Shown piece after piece: positions 52,681 to 64,000 of a DNA stretch of 64,000 nt; the stretch's first letter is position 1, and each line of letters begins with the position of its first letter. The stretch covers positions 95,790,001-95,854,000 of the forward strand of contig NC_082714.1 of NCBI RefSeq assembly GCF_030144855.1, written 5' to 3'. Made by a program: the position numbers and the translations under genes. The DNA comes from Hypanus sabinus (taxonomy: Eukaryota). The notes under the pieces were generated by a model. The model was not told the DNA's origin and did not search any database. It saw nothing but the letters and a program-made list of their open reading frames with translations.

Positions 52681-53745
52681 GTTGACCTCAAAAGGCGGCA
52701 ATGCGGCTTATTCACCGCTAATACGGTAATGGAATGCTAACGGGCTAACAAGGGACTTGAGACACAGCAATACAATACGCCTGAACTCGTGTGATTTATG
52801 AAAGCAAAAACATGTGTGACGATTCAGGTTGAGTCACAAAAACACCGTAAAACAGAAGATATTACTGGAATTTAGCAAAAACTAAAAAAGATTAAATACG
52901 TTAAGGTCTTGCCTCAGTTATCTCTAACAATAGGACACAGGAGTGGAATTTGACCATTTTGTCCACACACTTCTGCGCCTTGTAATCATTGATTTCCATC
53001 GCTAAAACCTACTCTTCTGCCTTCTTTAATCCCTTCATCCATAATAACCTGCCACCCAGGCCATGCTGTTTTATCGCTGCTGCCATCGGGCAGGAGGTAC
53101 AGGAGCCTTAGATCTCACAGCAGCAGATTCAGGAACAGTTATTAACCTGCAAATGTCAGGTTCCTGAACCAACGTGGATAACTTCACTGACCTCAAATCT
53201 GAACCGAAGATCTCAAAGTAGCATTCAGGTGACATACAGGCACTTTCTTAATAAATTTACTCAGACGTTAACTTTGATAAGAACTGGTGTGTTCTTATCA
53301 CGAAAAAATAGCCACCCTTCACCAGGTTCTCTATATTATTTATTTTCTTATGTACATTATCACTTTAATACTTCTAGTGTTCACAATTTATATCACATGT
53401 TTGAATGAGGGAGCTACGTGTGAAGTACCTCGGTGTGATGACATCCCAGAGTCCTCTGCCCTGAGCTGAACGTTAATCCCATTTGGTCCACTTTCACTAC
53501 ACGACTTCATATGACTTCTAGGCCAGAATCCTCTATTTTCCAGAAATGAGGATTTTGGAGATGATGTTAGCGTTTCGGTAGCTCTGTGGTTTTACGGGAT
53601 GGCTTTGCGAGACCCATGTCCAACCCTCCTCCTTTCGCAGACGGGCTTCCGACTGTCCATGGCGAATGTCTTGCTGCAGAATAAAGGGAACTAGTATGAT
53701 CAGAATTGGAATACCGTGCGTTGTCGGATCTTTCCGTGTACGATA

Positions 53746-54060
53746 TAGAACATAGAATACTACAGTACATTACAGGCCCTTCGGCTCACAATCAACCCTC
53801 AAACCCTGCCTGCCATATAACCCTCCACCTTAAATTCCTCCATATACCTGTCTAGTAGTCTCTTAAACTTCACTAGTGTATCTGCCTCCACTACGGACTC
53901 AGGCAGTGCATTCCAGGCACTAACAACTCTTTGAGGGAAAAACCTTTCCCTAATATCCCCCTTGAACTTCCCTCCCCTTACCTTAAAGCCATGTCCTCAT
54001 GAGCAGCGGGGGAAGAGGCGCTGGCTGTCCACTCTGTTTATTCCTCTTAATATCTTGTAC
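53746..54060 (-). mobile_element. CR1 3'-end fragment (copy-B specific)
   Basis: tagaacatagaa tail in reverse orientation; absent from copy A, which reads straight through at about 26360. Confidence 0.8.
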
Positions 54061-55717
54061 AAGTGAAGTCACTGATAAAACGAATAGGTCAAGGGTTAAT
54101 ATGGTTGATTTCCAAATAAAAGAAAATTAAGTAGACCGGGACTATTTGTTTTTTTCTTAACGAGAGGCCATATAACTAACAATAGGATGGAAATGATGGA
54201 CATACAGAGGTAACAGTTTTCCGGTCGGTGTACCTAGAATCAAGTGTCAGTGTATCAAAACACAACTTGTGTCATTCCGGACCGAAATCGGAAAGAAATT
54301 TGTTTTCCTTTCTGTGAACTTGATGATTTGTCTCTGAATACATTCAAGAAGTGATTTGAGGTACTTTTAGATACAAGAGGAATTGATACATATGGATTTC
54401 GTGCAAAAACGCGGAACCCAGGAAAATTATTACCTGCAGTGTTATTTAATGCTGCCCTTAATCATTTTGTAATGGCTCACACTGCAGGTTCAAAGCGCTG
54501 ACGGTTTTCAAGGTGATGACCGTTGGGCCAAAGCAGGAGTTGTTGGAGCTGTGGACTTCCATGTTAAAAACGAGTATGCCATCCCGCAGCTGAACCTCGG
54601 AGCGTTTTCGTTAGGTCAGGTGATGTATTCTTTGCCATTATTTATCCGTCCTTCCACATCACATTCAAGGTCTCTGTAACTCATATTCTCAGTATTATTA
54701 CTTAATTTATGTTTTAAATTTGCACATTTCGTCTTCTTCTACTCACTGTTTGTTTGTGTATAGTTTTTCATTGATTCTATTCTGTTCTTTTTGTTCTGTT
54801 CTAAATATCTACAGAAAATGAATCTAAAATATATGGGCTGCAATGATTCATTTATCAGCTTGTATAATTTCACTCATAATCAAAACTGAACGGATTCCAC
54901 AACCTAGGAACTCACCTTCAAGGACTCTGCAACTCATGTCCTCAACATCATTTATCTATCAGTCTATCTGTCTGTTACCATCGCGACGATGTAAAACTTG
55001 TTTGCGTTCCAAAATTATTCAATTTCCTCTTTTAATAATAAGAATTATTATTACTATTATTGTTCTATATTCTCAGTTTATCTTTTTGCGCATTCATGAC
55101 TTAACATTCTTTATGTGTAGGTTTGCATCGATTCAATTGCACTTTTGCTTTACTCATGCTCTCATTATTATATATTTTCTTATTAATAAAGAATATTATT
55201 ATTGCTTGAATTTGTATTTTCGCAGTCTGTTTTCTTTTGCACACTGAATGTTTGCCAGTCTTTCTGTGCGGTTTGTCATTGATTCAATTGTACGTCATTG
55301 CTCTACTGTGAATGCCCACAAGGAAATGAATCTTGATAATAACTTTATTTTGAACATTAAACATTGACCATGAGCCGTCCGGTATTTATGAATATTAGCG
55401 ATCAGCTTTATTTAAATCCCAACAGTAAAAGGAAAGTATGTTTATGACATGGTTTTTCCCAAAGCAGAAAATGGGCCAATAAATCCATCAGTCTGTTTTG
55501 AAGACGGTTACAGGGACTTTGTGCCTTAAACAGGCTTGGTCGCTCGCTGAGGCAGACATTAGCTGCTACATGTTGCTGAATGCAGCCGTCAATAGAATGT
55601 CTAAAATCATGCCAACCCCAATGCCTTTCCTAGATATTTATCAGACTGGATTGCCTTGGATTTTTGATATAACATAGCTAAATAAAAATGTATTGAAGAA
55701 TGTGTTAATATTTTAAC

Positions 55718-55822
55718 GGTCATTCGCAAGCAATAGATTCCAGAAGACAGGTCGTCAGTCTCCGCCCCCAACATGTCTCTGACCCCTCCCACTCATTAAC
55801 ATCCCCGGTTAATAAAGAGCCC
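55718..55822 (+). promoter_or_regulatory. Putative IgL promoter B
   Basis: CCGCCCCC 55762-55769 and TTAATAAAG 55809-55817, 114 nt upstream of the ATG. Confidence 0.55.
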
Positions 55823-55922
55823 GGAGTTTACAGTTTGCAGACAGTAGAACCGGAGCCGTTCCCGGTGTTTGCACAACAGCGCACGGTTCAGTTGGATGTT
55901 AGGACGCTTATTGACCGAAGGA

Positions 55923-55969
55923 ATGTCGCGCTCTACATCTCCTGTGGGCTCTGATGGTCCATTTACCAG
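55923..55969 (+). pseudogene. IgL cluster B leader exon, frameshifted
   Basis: 47 nt from ATG to GTGAG donor versus 49 nt in A (ccagttctg became cgctcta), so it splices out of frame to V. Confidence 0.82.
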
Positions 55970-56111
55970 GTGAGAGAAGAGTTAGTTAACGCACGAATTG
56001 CCGGCAAAGAAATTAGTTGAAACTTTGAAAGACAGTTTTCTGCGAGTCTTCAGCGATCGATAACACTTCTGTCAACAGCAAGTCACCCTGAAATTTTATT
56101 GTCTTATACAG

Positions 56112-56465
56112 GTATCCTGGCAGTCCCAGTCCTCAATCAGACCCCAGTGTCCGGTCCTGTCTCCGCGAGACAGACTGCCCGCTTAGAGTGTCGGAAACCG
56201 AATGGAAACGTTGCAGGTTCCTCTATTGGGTGGGACCGACATCGTCCCGGGAGGAGACCGCAGGGGGTGATAGGTCATAGATCGGATAATAGCATTTTCA
56301 GAGGACCCGGCATCACAGAACGTTTCCAACCGTCCAGAGACACCTCCTCCAACAGTCACATCCTGACCATCGGCAGCTTGGAGTCCAGCGACTCGGCCGT
56401 CTATTACTGCAGAGTGTGGGATAGTGCTTGGTTCTATGGACCGGGGACGATCCTGAAGATAAAGA
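56112..56465 (+). CDS. IgL cluster B germline-joined VJ exon, open frame
   Basis: Acceptor ATACAG ends 56111. GILAVPVLNQT..LEC..W..DSAVYYCRVWDSAWFYGPGTILKIK. Canonical donor GTAAGT at 56466-56471. Confidence 0.94.
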
Positions 56466-57140
56466 GTAAGTAAACCTCTCGTTTTATATCAAATCACGCT
56501 TCCGACGAATTCCCCATTTCAATCGTACTGCTGGCTGGCTTTACACTGCCGCAGTCTCAATCTGTCGAATTAATTCCACCTTTGGTTCATCCTTTGAAAT
56601 TTCCCACACGATGCAGCAAGACTCGAAAGTCCGGTCTTTTAACCCGTTAACGCCTTCTTCTTATTCCAACTCTAAATTTCAGAGAGATCAATCGTCTAAA
56701 CCACTCCAATCAAAGGGCGCTCCCGTCTACAAACAGCTAAACTGAAATATCCGTAAATACATAATAGATATAATTTGGATTTGGGGATTAGTTGGGGTCT
56801 CCCCCCCCCCCTCCAACCTCTGTAACACCCCAGATACCGCCCTCAGCAAAGCGACCATTACCACCAGGATAGAACAAAATGCGTGGGAATTACCAGACCT
56901 GACCTGAGGGGTGGGCAACAATTCAGCAGTACCAGGCTTAAGGGTGGCCAACAATTCCATGCTAGCGTCTGTCGATGGGTCGAAGGGTCGCATTCTGTGC
57001 CCAACTTTTCACTGATTGTATAGTTGGTGCATTGTGATCATGGTCTGACGGGAGTTCGGTCAGTAGGTGGCGCCGTTTAGGAAATGCACACATTAATAAT
57101 AATATTTGCCTCCTCCTCCCATCACCTTTTTCACACACAG

Positions 57141-57474
57141 GTAGCAAAAGCAGAAAGCCCTCGGTTCTCCTCCTGCCTCCCTCCCTGGAGGAAACCGGCT
57201 CGGGTTCTGCCACTCTATCCTGCCTCGTGAGCGGCTTTAAGCCGGGCTTGGTTGCGCTGCGCAGCGCTGCAGCGTGGATGGCATGGAGACGGACAGTAGC
57301 GTGACGACAGGCGCCGTGTCTACGGACACCGACCAGACCTACGGGCTGAGCAGTTACCTGCGGGTTCCCGTCGCTGCCTGGAACAAGGGCTCGAGCTATT
57401 CCTGCAGCGTGAGTCACAGCTCGCTGAGCTCGCCGCTGCGCAACACCATCTCTTCGTCCGCCTGTGCGCAGTGA
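57141..57474 (+). pseudogene. IgL cluster B constant exon, frameshifted
   Basis: Acceptor CACACAG ends 57140. Extra AGCGC at 57263-57267 shifts the frame to TGA at 57302-57304. The conserved Trp codon reads TGC. Native stop TGA at 57472-57474. Confidence 0.9.
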
Positions 57475-57757
57475 GGCCCCGCCGGGTGGCAGCTCACGAA
57501 CGCAGTGAAACCCGCACTGGGGCTGTGCAGCCACCTTCTGCATTGTAATTCTGTAGCAAATGTCCGTTTCTGGGAACTAAGAAAATGTTTAATAAATTCA
57601 AAGATGAATGTTTTGATCGCCCATCGTTTGCGACGAGTGATACTATGTAGAATGTTTCTCACTATGCTGTGTCTGATCTTCTGCTTTTTGTAGAATGGGG
57701 AGAGATTCACAAGGATACAATGACCGTATTGTGATTGACTTTTGTAACACAGCACTT

Positions 57758-57763
57758 AATAAA
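57758..57763 (+). terminator. Poly(A) signal of cluster B (distal; proximal AATAAA at 57591)
   Basis: AATAAA at the position paralogous to 30703. Confidence 0.55.
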
Positions 57764-59279
57764 GAGCCAACTCAGCGGCCAGTTTACAGTGGGTCTCTCT
57801 TTACTCGACTGCTCTTTGTGCCTCGAATGAATTAGTAGCGAGTAACATGACGATCATGAACTACCGTACATAGTCTTACGGTCAAGTCATTTCAAACGGA
57901 TTATCCGCCCCGCTTGTCAATACCGATCTCTGTGTACTCCACCTGCAAGGATCAATAATCAACGTTATTCACCGTATACAGTTCAATATATTAGGAATTT
58001 GCTGTGATGTGTTGGCGTTACATGAAACAGGGCATTCAAGAATTAAACGGAATAATTACATAAAATTAAAGTCAGAAATTAAAATCAGCATATGGAATAA
58101 AATATGCACAACTACATAAATAGCAGCATCTATGTGCAATGTAAGCAGCACATAAAGCGAGATTAAATGTATTTACAGTTCATTGCAGTCACTGGGGTAA
58201 CAGATAGAGGAGTGTGGGTTGCTACAAATGGTTGATCAGATTCATAACCTGGGGAAGTAACACAGTCAAATTGCTGGAGGAAATCATCATATCTGGCTGG
58301 ATCTATGGAAAGCTCTCGGCTTTGCATAGATGCTCCCTGACCTGATGAGTTCCTCCAACATTCTGCATCTGCTGCTCCAAATTTCCAGCATTCGTAGAAT
58401 CACTTGATTGCCTGGGGAATATATGTTTATGGTGATGGAGATGGCGTGAAATGTTTGTTTCGATGGTTTTAAAACACTCTCCTCTAGATCATTTTTTTTG
58501 GGGGTGGGGGGGGGGGAAGCAGTTTGCAAGGTGCGTAGTGTCGGCAATGATGTTTTCCTGCCCGCTTCTTTGTCTGGGACACATGCAAGTCCTCCAGTGC
58601 TGGTCGACTGCAGCCAAAGACATATTCAGTTCATCTGGCAATGTTTTGTCAGGGAATGCTACAGCAAACCAGATAGTAATGGCTGACGTGAGGCTGTTCT
58701 CTCGTTTGGCAGTACAGAACTGCACCTCCCGCCTTCACCTGTTCCTCTGCTTATATTCTTTCTATCCCGCCCCCCACAATTGTTTATCCGGCAAAAACAT
58801 ACCCTTGCTCTGCGCACCAGCCACTCCCTGTCCGCATCATGGTCACATATCTGCCATTGTCTGAGCAGACTCTCAGCTCCCACCATGAGTGGTACACCGT
58901 AAAGATGTTTCCCCGTAGCTTGGGTTTTGCCTCCATCTGAGTTATTGATTTGTACAATCCATTCACGCATAAGTCTCATAGCTTCAAGGGCCCACTGTTC
59001 TGCCCCTTTTAATTACCGTACATCTCGTGGGTGTGGTGGGTGGGGGGAGTGGTAATGGCAATAGGTTACTTAACCACCTGAATTAGTGATCTGAGAACAT
59101 CCGATGGGAAGTGTCTACTCCATTTCCAATGCATCCCTGTTGAGACGCGCGGTCTAGTTCCATGCGGAATAGTTCTGTCAGAGGAATACTTAAAAGTTCG
59201 CAGAAGAGGAATATAATTATATAACGCCCGGAATCTGGGTTAGACATGGATTGTGGAGACATTAGCAATGGTCTTGCAG

Positions 59280-60125
59280 AATACATTGATTTTGGCCAAG
59301 TTCCGAAGGAATGGTAAATTGCAAATGTCAGTCTAATCTTCAAGAAAGGAGAGAGGCAGAAGAAAGAAAAACATAGGCCAGTTAGTCTGACGTCAATAGT
59401 TGGAAAGATGTTGGAGTCGATTGTTAAGGATGTGGGTTCGTCGTGCTTAGCAGCTCATGATAAAATAGTCCGTAGGCAGCGTGGTATCCTTATGGGAAAA
59501 TATGATCTGACATGGTTTTTTAAATTGTTTGAAGATATGAGATGCGGGATATATAATAGAGAATCTGTGGGTGCTGTGCACTTGAAGTTTCAGAAGAACT
59601 TGACTAGGTACCACACATGAGGCTGAGTAACAAATTAAGAGCCAGTGGTGTTGCAAGAAAGATGCTCGCATGGGGAAAACACTGGCCGATTAAAAGGAGG
59701 CAAAAAGCAGAATAACATGAGCCTTCACAGGTCGGCCGATGGTGACAGTCGTGTTGCACAGGGTTTCTGATGGGGCTGATTTTTTTTTAAAATATCTTAT
59801 ATGTCAATGACTTGGATGGAGGAATTGATGGCTTTGAGGGTGGTTTCTCAGAAGACATTTAAAGAGGTGGAGGAGCAGGTAGTTTTGAGGAAATGCAGAG
59901 GCTACAGTTTGACTTAGACAGTTTACAGGAATCTGCAAAGGAGTAGCAGATGGCATACAGTATCATGCACCGTGGTAGAAGAAATAAAAGTGTTGACTAT
60001 TTTCTAAATTGAAAGAAAATTCCAGAATCTCAGGTGCAAAGCAACTTGGGAGTCCTTGTGCAGGACTTCAAAAATGTTAATTTTCAGGTCGAGTTGGTGT
60101 TGAGGAAAGTAACAGTGATGTTAGC
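59280..60125 (+). mobile_element. CR1 RT fragment
   Basis: KHRPVSLTSIVGKMLESIVKD and VGAVHLKFQK-like motifs. Confidence 0.8.
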
Positions 60126-60252
60126 ATCAGGTGGAAGGTAACAGTTATGTGAAAGGGAAAAGAAACCAATAAACGTTAAGCCAAACAAGGCCATTAACTA
60201 AAACTTTCAAATGGAAAACGAAGCCTACACTGTGTTTGAAATGAATATCTAA

Positions 60253-61955
60253 GAAATGAATCTTACTTTGTCCTTAGCCATCTGTATTTATCTGTCAATG
60301 TATCGTTGAAATTAGCAGAATAAAACTTAATCAATAAGTTTTACCCTAAACAAATAAGAATCAAGAAACTCAAATAATAACAAAAATGGCAACGAACTGC
60401 CCAGACTGTTATCGCTCTTCCAGACCCTACCAATAGAGATTAACCAAAATCAATTCAAAGAAAGGAACAAGTTGTTATCAAGGTATATTTGGCAGGGTAA
60501 AAGGCCTGGAGTTCGTCTCAAAACTTTGCAATTAACAAAGGAAAAGGGGGGATGGGGCCTACCTTCTGTTAGAGATTATTATGTTGCAGCACAGCTGAGA
60601 GCTATAATATGTTGCTTCAACCCATTATATGAATGGAAAAACATTGAGGAGCGGTACATCCCATCCCCATACAAACAATTTTGGCTGATAACAACCTGCA
60701 AATGTACATAAATACTATTGATAACCCATGTGTGAAATTGACTCTTAAAATAGGGAAAACTACTAACAAAGAATATAATCTAGAGTGAGATATTGCAATT
60801 CTTAAATGGTGTGCATGTGACTTAGATTTTACACCAGATAAATTGGATGCTAGATTTAAGGACTGGACAGCTAAAGGAATAACAGATCTTTGCAACATAA
60901 TGAAAGAAGGAACACTGTTCAGTTTTGAAATACTTCAGGAGAAACACTTATTAGAAAAACAAGATTTTTATCGGTATTTAGAGGTGCGACAAAATGTTAA
61001 TAAAACGCTTAAAATGTAACCAAGGCAAGTATGTGCTTGATAGAGCTATTTACGAAAGAATATAATTCAGATAACGGTAGTAGAATCAATTCAAATGTAT
61101 AAGGGGTTGTCAAATCTTAAAACACATTCGACTTCAAACATTAAAACAAAATGAAAGAAGGAGGAGGGGTAATTATATCTGAGGAAGAATGGAAAATAAT
61201 ATGGAGGTATCAACGGAAGTGTATAAGTTCAAAGAAATGGAGGGAGTTTGGATGGAAAAACTTGATATTTTATTACACCCTCTCAGAAATCCCATTATGT
61301 TAGTAACCTCTCTGTTTGCTGGAGAAATTGTGGAAATCGAAATACAAATCATTATCATATTTTTTGGGACTATCCGGTTATCAAAGACTATTGGAGGGGG
61401 ATACACAATGCCCTACAAGACATCTTTAAATGAGAAATACCCTTAGAGAGTAAGGCCATATATTTTGGATATGTACCTCAAGAATGGTTGAAAAGAGGTA
61501 AATATTTAATTAATATACTGTTGGTGGCTGGTAAACAGACTCTTACTAGGAAATGGTTATCACGGAAGAGCCCAACTTTAAATGCATGGATATAAATTAC
61601 AATGGGCATTTACAAAATGGAGAAGATAACAGCATCTGTCAATCATAAGCTGGAACAATTTCATTCATACTGGGAAAAATGGTTTAACTACGTAATGCCT
61701 CATAGACCTGATTTTCTTCTCACAAATCAATGAATATGTTGCAAAAAAGGATCACTCCCTACTTGTACATAGTTTTTTTCCCTTTGTTTGTTTTTTTCTT
61801 TCCACTCTTTTCTATAAGTGTATACCTCAGATAAATACTTTGTGGAGATTTGAGATATATATGATTATACGATATATATGTACAACGTCTGAAAATACAT
61901 CTTTTGGAAATGTTTGTTTGATGATGAAGTTCAATAAAATATAAATTACAAAAAG
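60253..61955 (+). mobile_element. 5'-truncated L1-clade LINE with 15-bp target-site duplication
   Basis: LSRYIWQGKRPGVRLKTLQL..GGWGLPSVRDYY; CWRNCG..NHYHIFWD knuckle; A-rich 3' end; GAAATGAATATCTAA at 60238-60252 and 61956-61970. Confidence 0.93.
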
Positions 61956-63339
61956 GAAATGAATATCTAAATATCAAACGAATACCGCTCGTCTTCAGAG
62001 TCAGTTGACTCGACAGTCCAATTTCTCAAGCAAGCCGAATGCAAGCAGGCAGGGAGGCATGGTTGGGCTGGGATCAAGTCTCGACAAAAGCTACGACGGA
62101 ATGAATGGAGTTAAATACTATCACAATGAAATAATAATTAGCTGACACGTGCATATTTTCGAGCGCAATTGCCGTGTCTACTGCCCTGCCGAATCCCTGG
62201 TTGTGACAACCAGAGAACTGTGAATCAGTGAAATTCATTCGGACAAGCGACTGTGGAGGCCAAGTCACTGGGTACAATTAAGGCAGAGGATGACAAGTTT
62301 TCGATTAGACAGATATCTGCGGAGGGCATGAAAGAATGCAGGAATAAGGCAGGAGATTGGGACTGAGAGGGAAAATTATTCAGTCGTGACAAAAAGTCGT
62401 AGCAGGCTCGATATGTCAAGTAGACTAATTCTGCCCTTTTACCTTATGGTGATATTCTACCCTATTCTACCTGCCGTTCGTCATCTCTTCAAAATTCGTT
62501 TTCCCGGACATAATTTCCTGCGCACAAAGTCATGATGACTATCCTGAATCATTTTTTACCTTTCGAAAGGCTGATGGATACTGACTCATAGAAAATCCTG
62601 TATTAACTTGTCTTTACTGTACTAAAAATCGCAGGCTTCGAGTTCTCTGGGTCTTCCCTTCAGAACATTAAGACAAGTTGCCAAAACGGATAAATGACCG
62701 TGGCAGCGAGGATGAGTGGGTACATGATCGAAGCGTCGGAGGGCAGCAGAATTCATAGAGAGAGGGAGAGAGCGAAGGAGGGAGGGAGAGATAGCAGAGG
62801 AGAGGGAGCGGCAGCAGAGAGAGCAAGGGGCGGTAGTGTAGGTATCTCACAAAGAGAATCGCAGTACAGCAGCAGATCACAAAAAAAGAGATTCTGGAAA
62901 TGCTGTCAATCCACAGCAGCACACGGTGACCGCTGCAGGAACTCAGCAGGGCAGGCAGCATCTCTAGAAATGAATGAACTATCGACGTTTCTGAACGAGA
63001 GGCCGGGTGCGTTTGCATCTGATAGGTAAAATTAGTTCGGAAGTAAGGCATATGAAAATAACGAATTTGATTGGAGAGGAGAGAGGGCCACAGGAGAAAG
63101 AGAAGAAGAAAAAAGGGCACTAGGGTAGACTTGATAGGAAGATGAGGATAAGAGGTAACTGTGGGGAATATAAGAGGACGAAAGGGAGAGAGGAAAAGAA
63201 AAAGAAAGAGAAAGAGAAATAACGGAAGGAGAAACTGATCTTCAAGACATCAGGTTACAGGCGACCTCAAGAGTAAACGACGTCTTTCTCCTGCACACTG
63301 AGATGGCCTCATCGTGGTTAAAGGGTCGGCCATCCACAG

Positions 63340-63667
63340 ACAGTGGATGGTACTGGAGAGTCCAGTACCAGAGGGCATGGATTGAGAATAAGAGGTCAGT
63401 TATTTAAAACAGAGTTGAGGAAGAGCTTCTTCTCCCAGAGAGTTGTGGAGATGTGGAATGCACTGCCTCGGAAGACGGTGGAGGCCAATTCTCTGGATGC
63501 TTTCAAGAAGGAGCTAGATAGATATCTAATGGATAGGGGAATCAAGGGATATGGGGACAAGGCAGGGACTGGGTATTGATAGTGAATAATCAGCCATGAT
63601 CTCAGAATGGCGGTGCAGGCTCGAGGGGCCGAATGGTCTACTTCTGCATCTATTGTCTATTGTCTAT
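63340..63667 (+). mobile_element. Relatively young CR1 3' fragment
   Basis: TRGHGLRIRGQLFKTELRKSFFSQRVVEMWNALP open frame; (CTATTGT)n tail. Confidence 0.88.
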
Positions 63668-63699
63668 CTCGCAAAGGGAATGGGAGTAAAAACTCAGAA

Positions 63700-63960
63700 G
63701 TTTTTTTCACCTGGAAAATCCGTTTTTGACGGATGGAGAAGAGAACAGAGACTTCCAACCAGAATAAGTCCCAAAAGATTACAGCTCTCTGTTTTCTGTA
63801 GGCATCGAGTTCTGAATCAAAGCGGCAAAGTGCACAGTCAACCTCTTTCATCTTAATCTCTGGATGAGCCTTACATTTTAGAAACGCCTTACTAAAATAC
63901 ACGTAAAGAAAATCCACGGCACTACCTTCAATCACGATCGTCATCTTTTGGTAGAACTGA
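63700..63960 (-). mobile_element. Old CR1 RT fragment
   Basis: IEGSAVDFLYVYFSKAF; paralogous to 1-240. Confidence 0.6.
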
Positions 63961-64000
63961 ATTAACTTCATGAGACATACTCAGAGATATGGCTTTTCAA

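Larger units (their letters stand above)
55923..57474 (+). pseudogene. Ig light-chain cluster B (leader - germline-joined VJ - C), type I/sigma-cart-like, apparently inactivated
   Basis: Paralog of cluster A. VJ is open with a good donor, but the leader has a 2-nt deletion and C has a 5-nt insertion. Confidence 0.92.

Noticed and set aside
55954-55969. Internal ATG that restores the frame of leader B
   Set aside because: It gives only MVHLP before V, with no signal peptide, so it does not rescue a secreted chain.

Overview
Eukaryotic genomic DNA from a cartilaginous fish, most likely a batoid (skate or ray), with three short N gaps. The only host-gene content I can support is two tandem, same-strand immunoglobulin light-chain clusters (leader, germline-joined VJ exon, intron, C exon) resembling the type I / sigma-cart (NS5-like) class, at about 28.5-30.7 kb and 55.9-57.8 kb. 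Each sits in one copy of a segmental duplication (about 18.5-32.3 kb versus 44.0-59.2 kb). Both look inactivated in this assembly, by different and complementary lesions. The rest is mostly decayed mobile DNA: CR1 LINEs (some with an esterase ORF1), L1/Tx1 LINEs, a Penelope-like element with hammerhead ribozyme motifs, a Ty3/Gypsy pol relic, solo-LTR-like repeats, a Sleeping-Beauty-like Tc1 transposon, a SINE, microsatellites and a copy-specific 33-bp minisatellite. Best leads: (i) both V domains share hydrophilic replacements across the VH-contact face, (ii) a strongly conserved upstream non-coding block with EBF, E-box and FOXO motifs, (iii) CDR-focused divergence and different CDR3 lengths between two pre-joined genes, (iv) hammerhead motifs, one with an intact core. 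Family assignments come from recalled motifs, not database searches. Counts are hand-made, and transposon boundaries are approximate unless target-site duplications are quoted.
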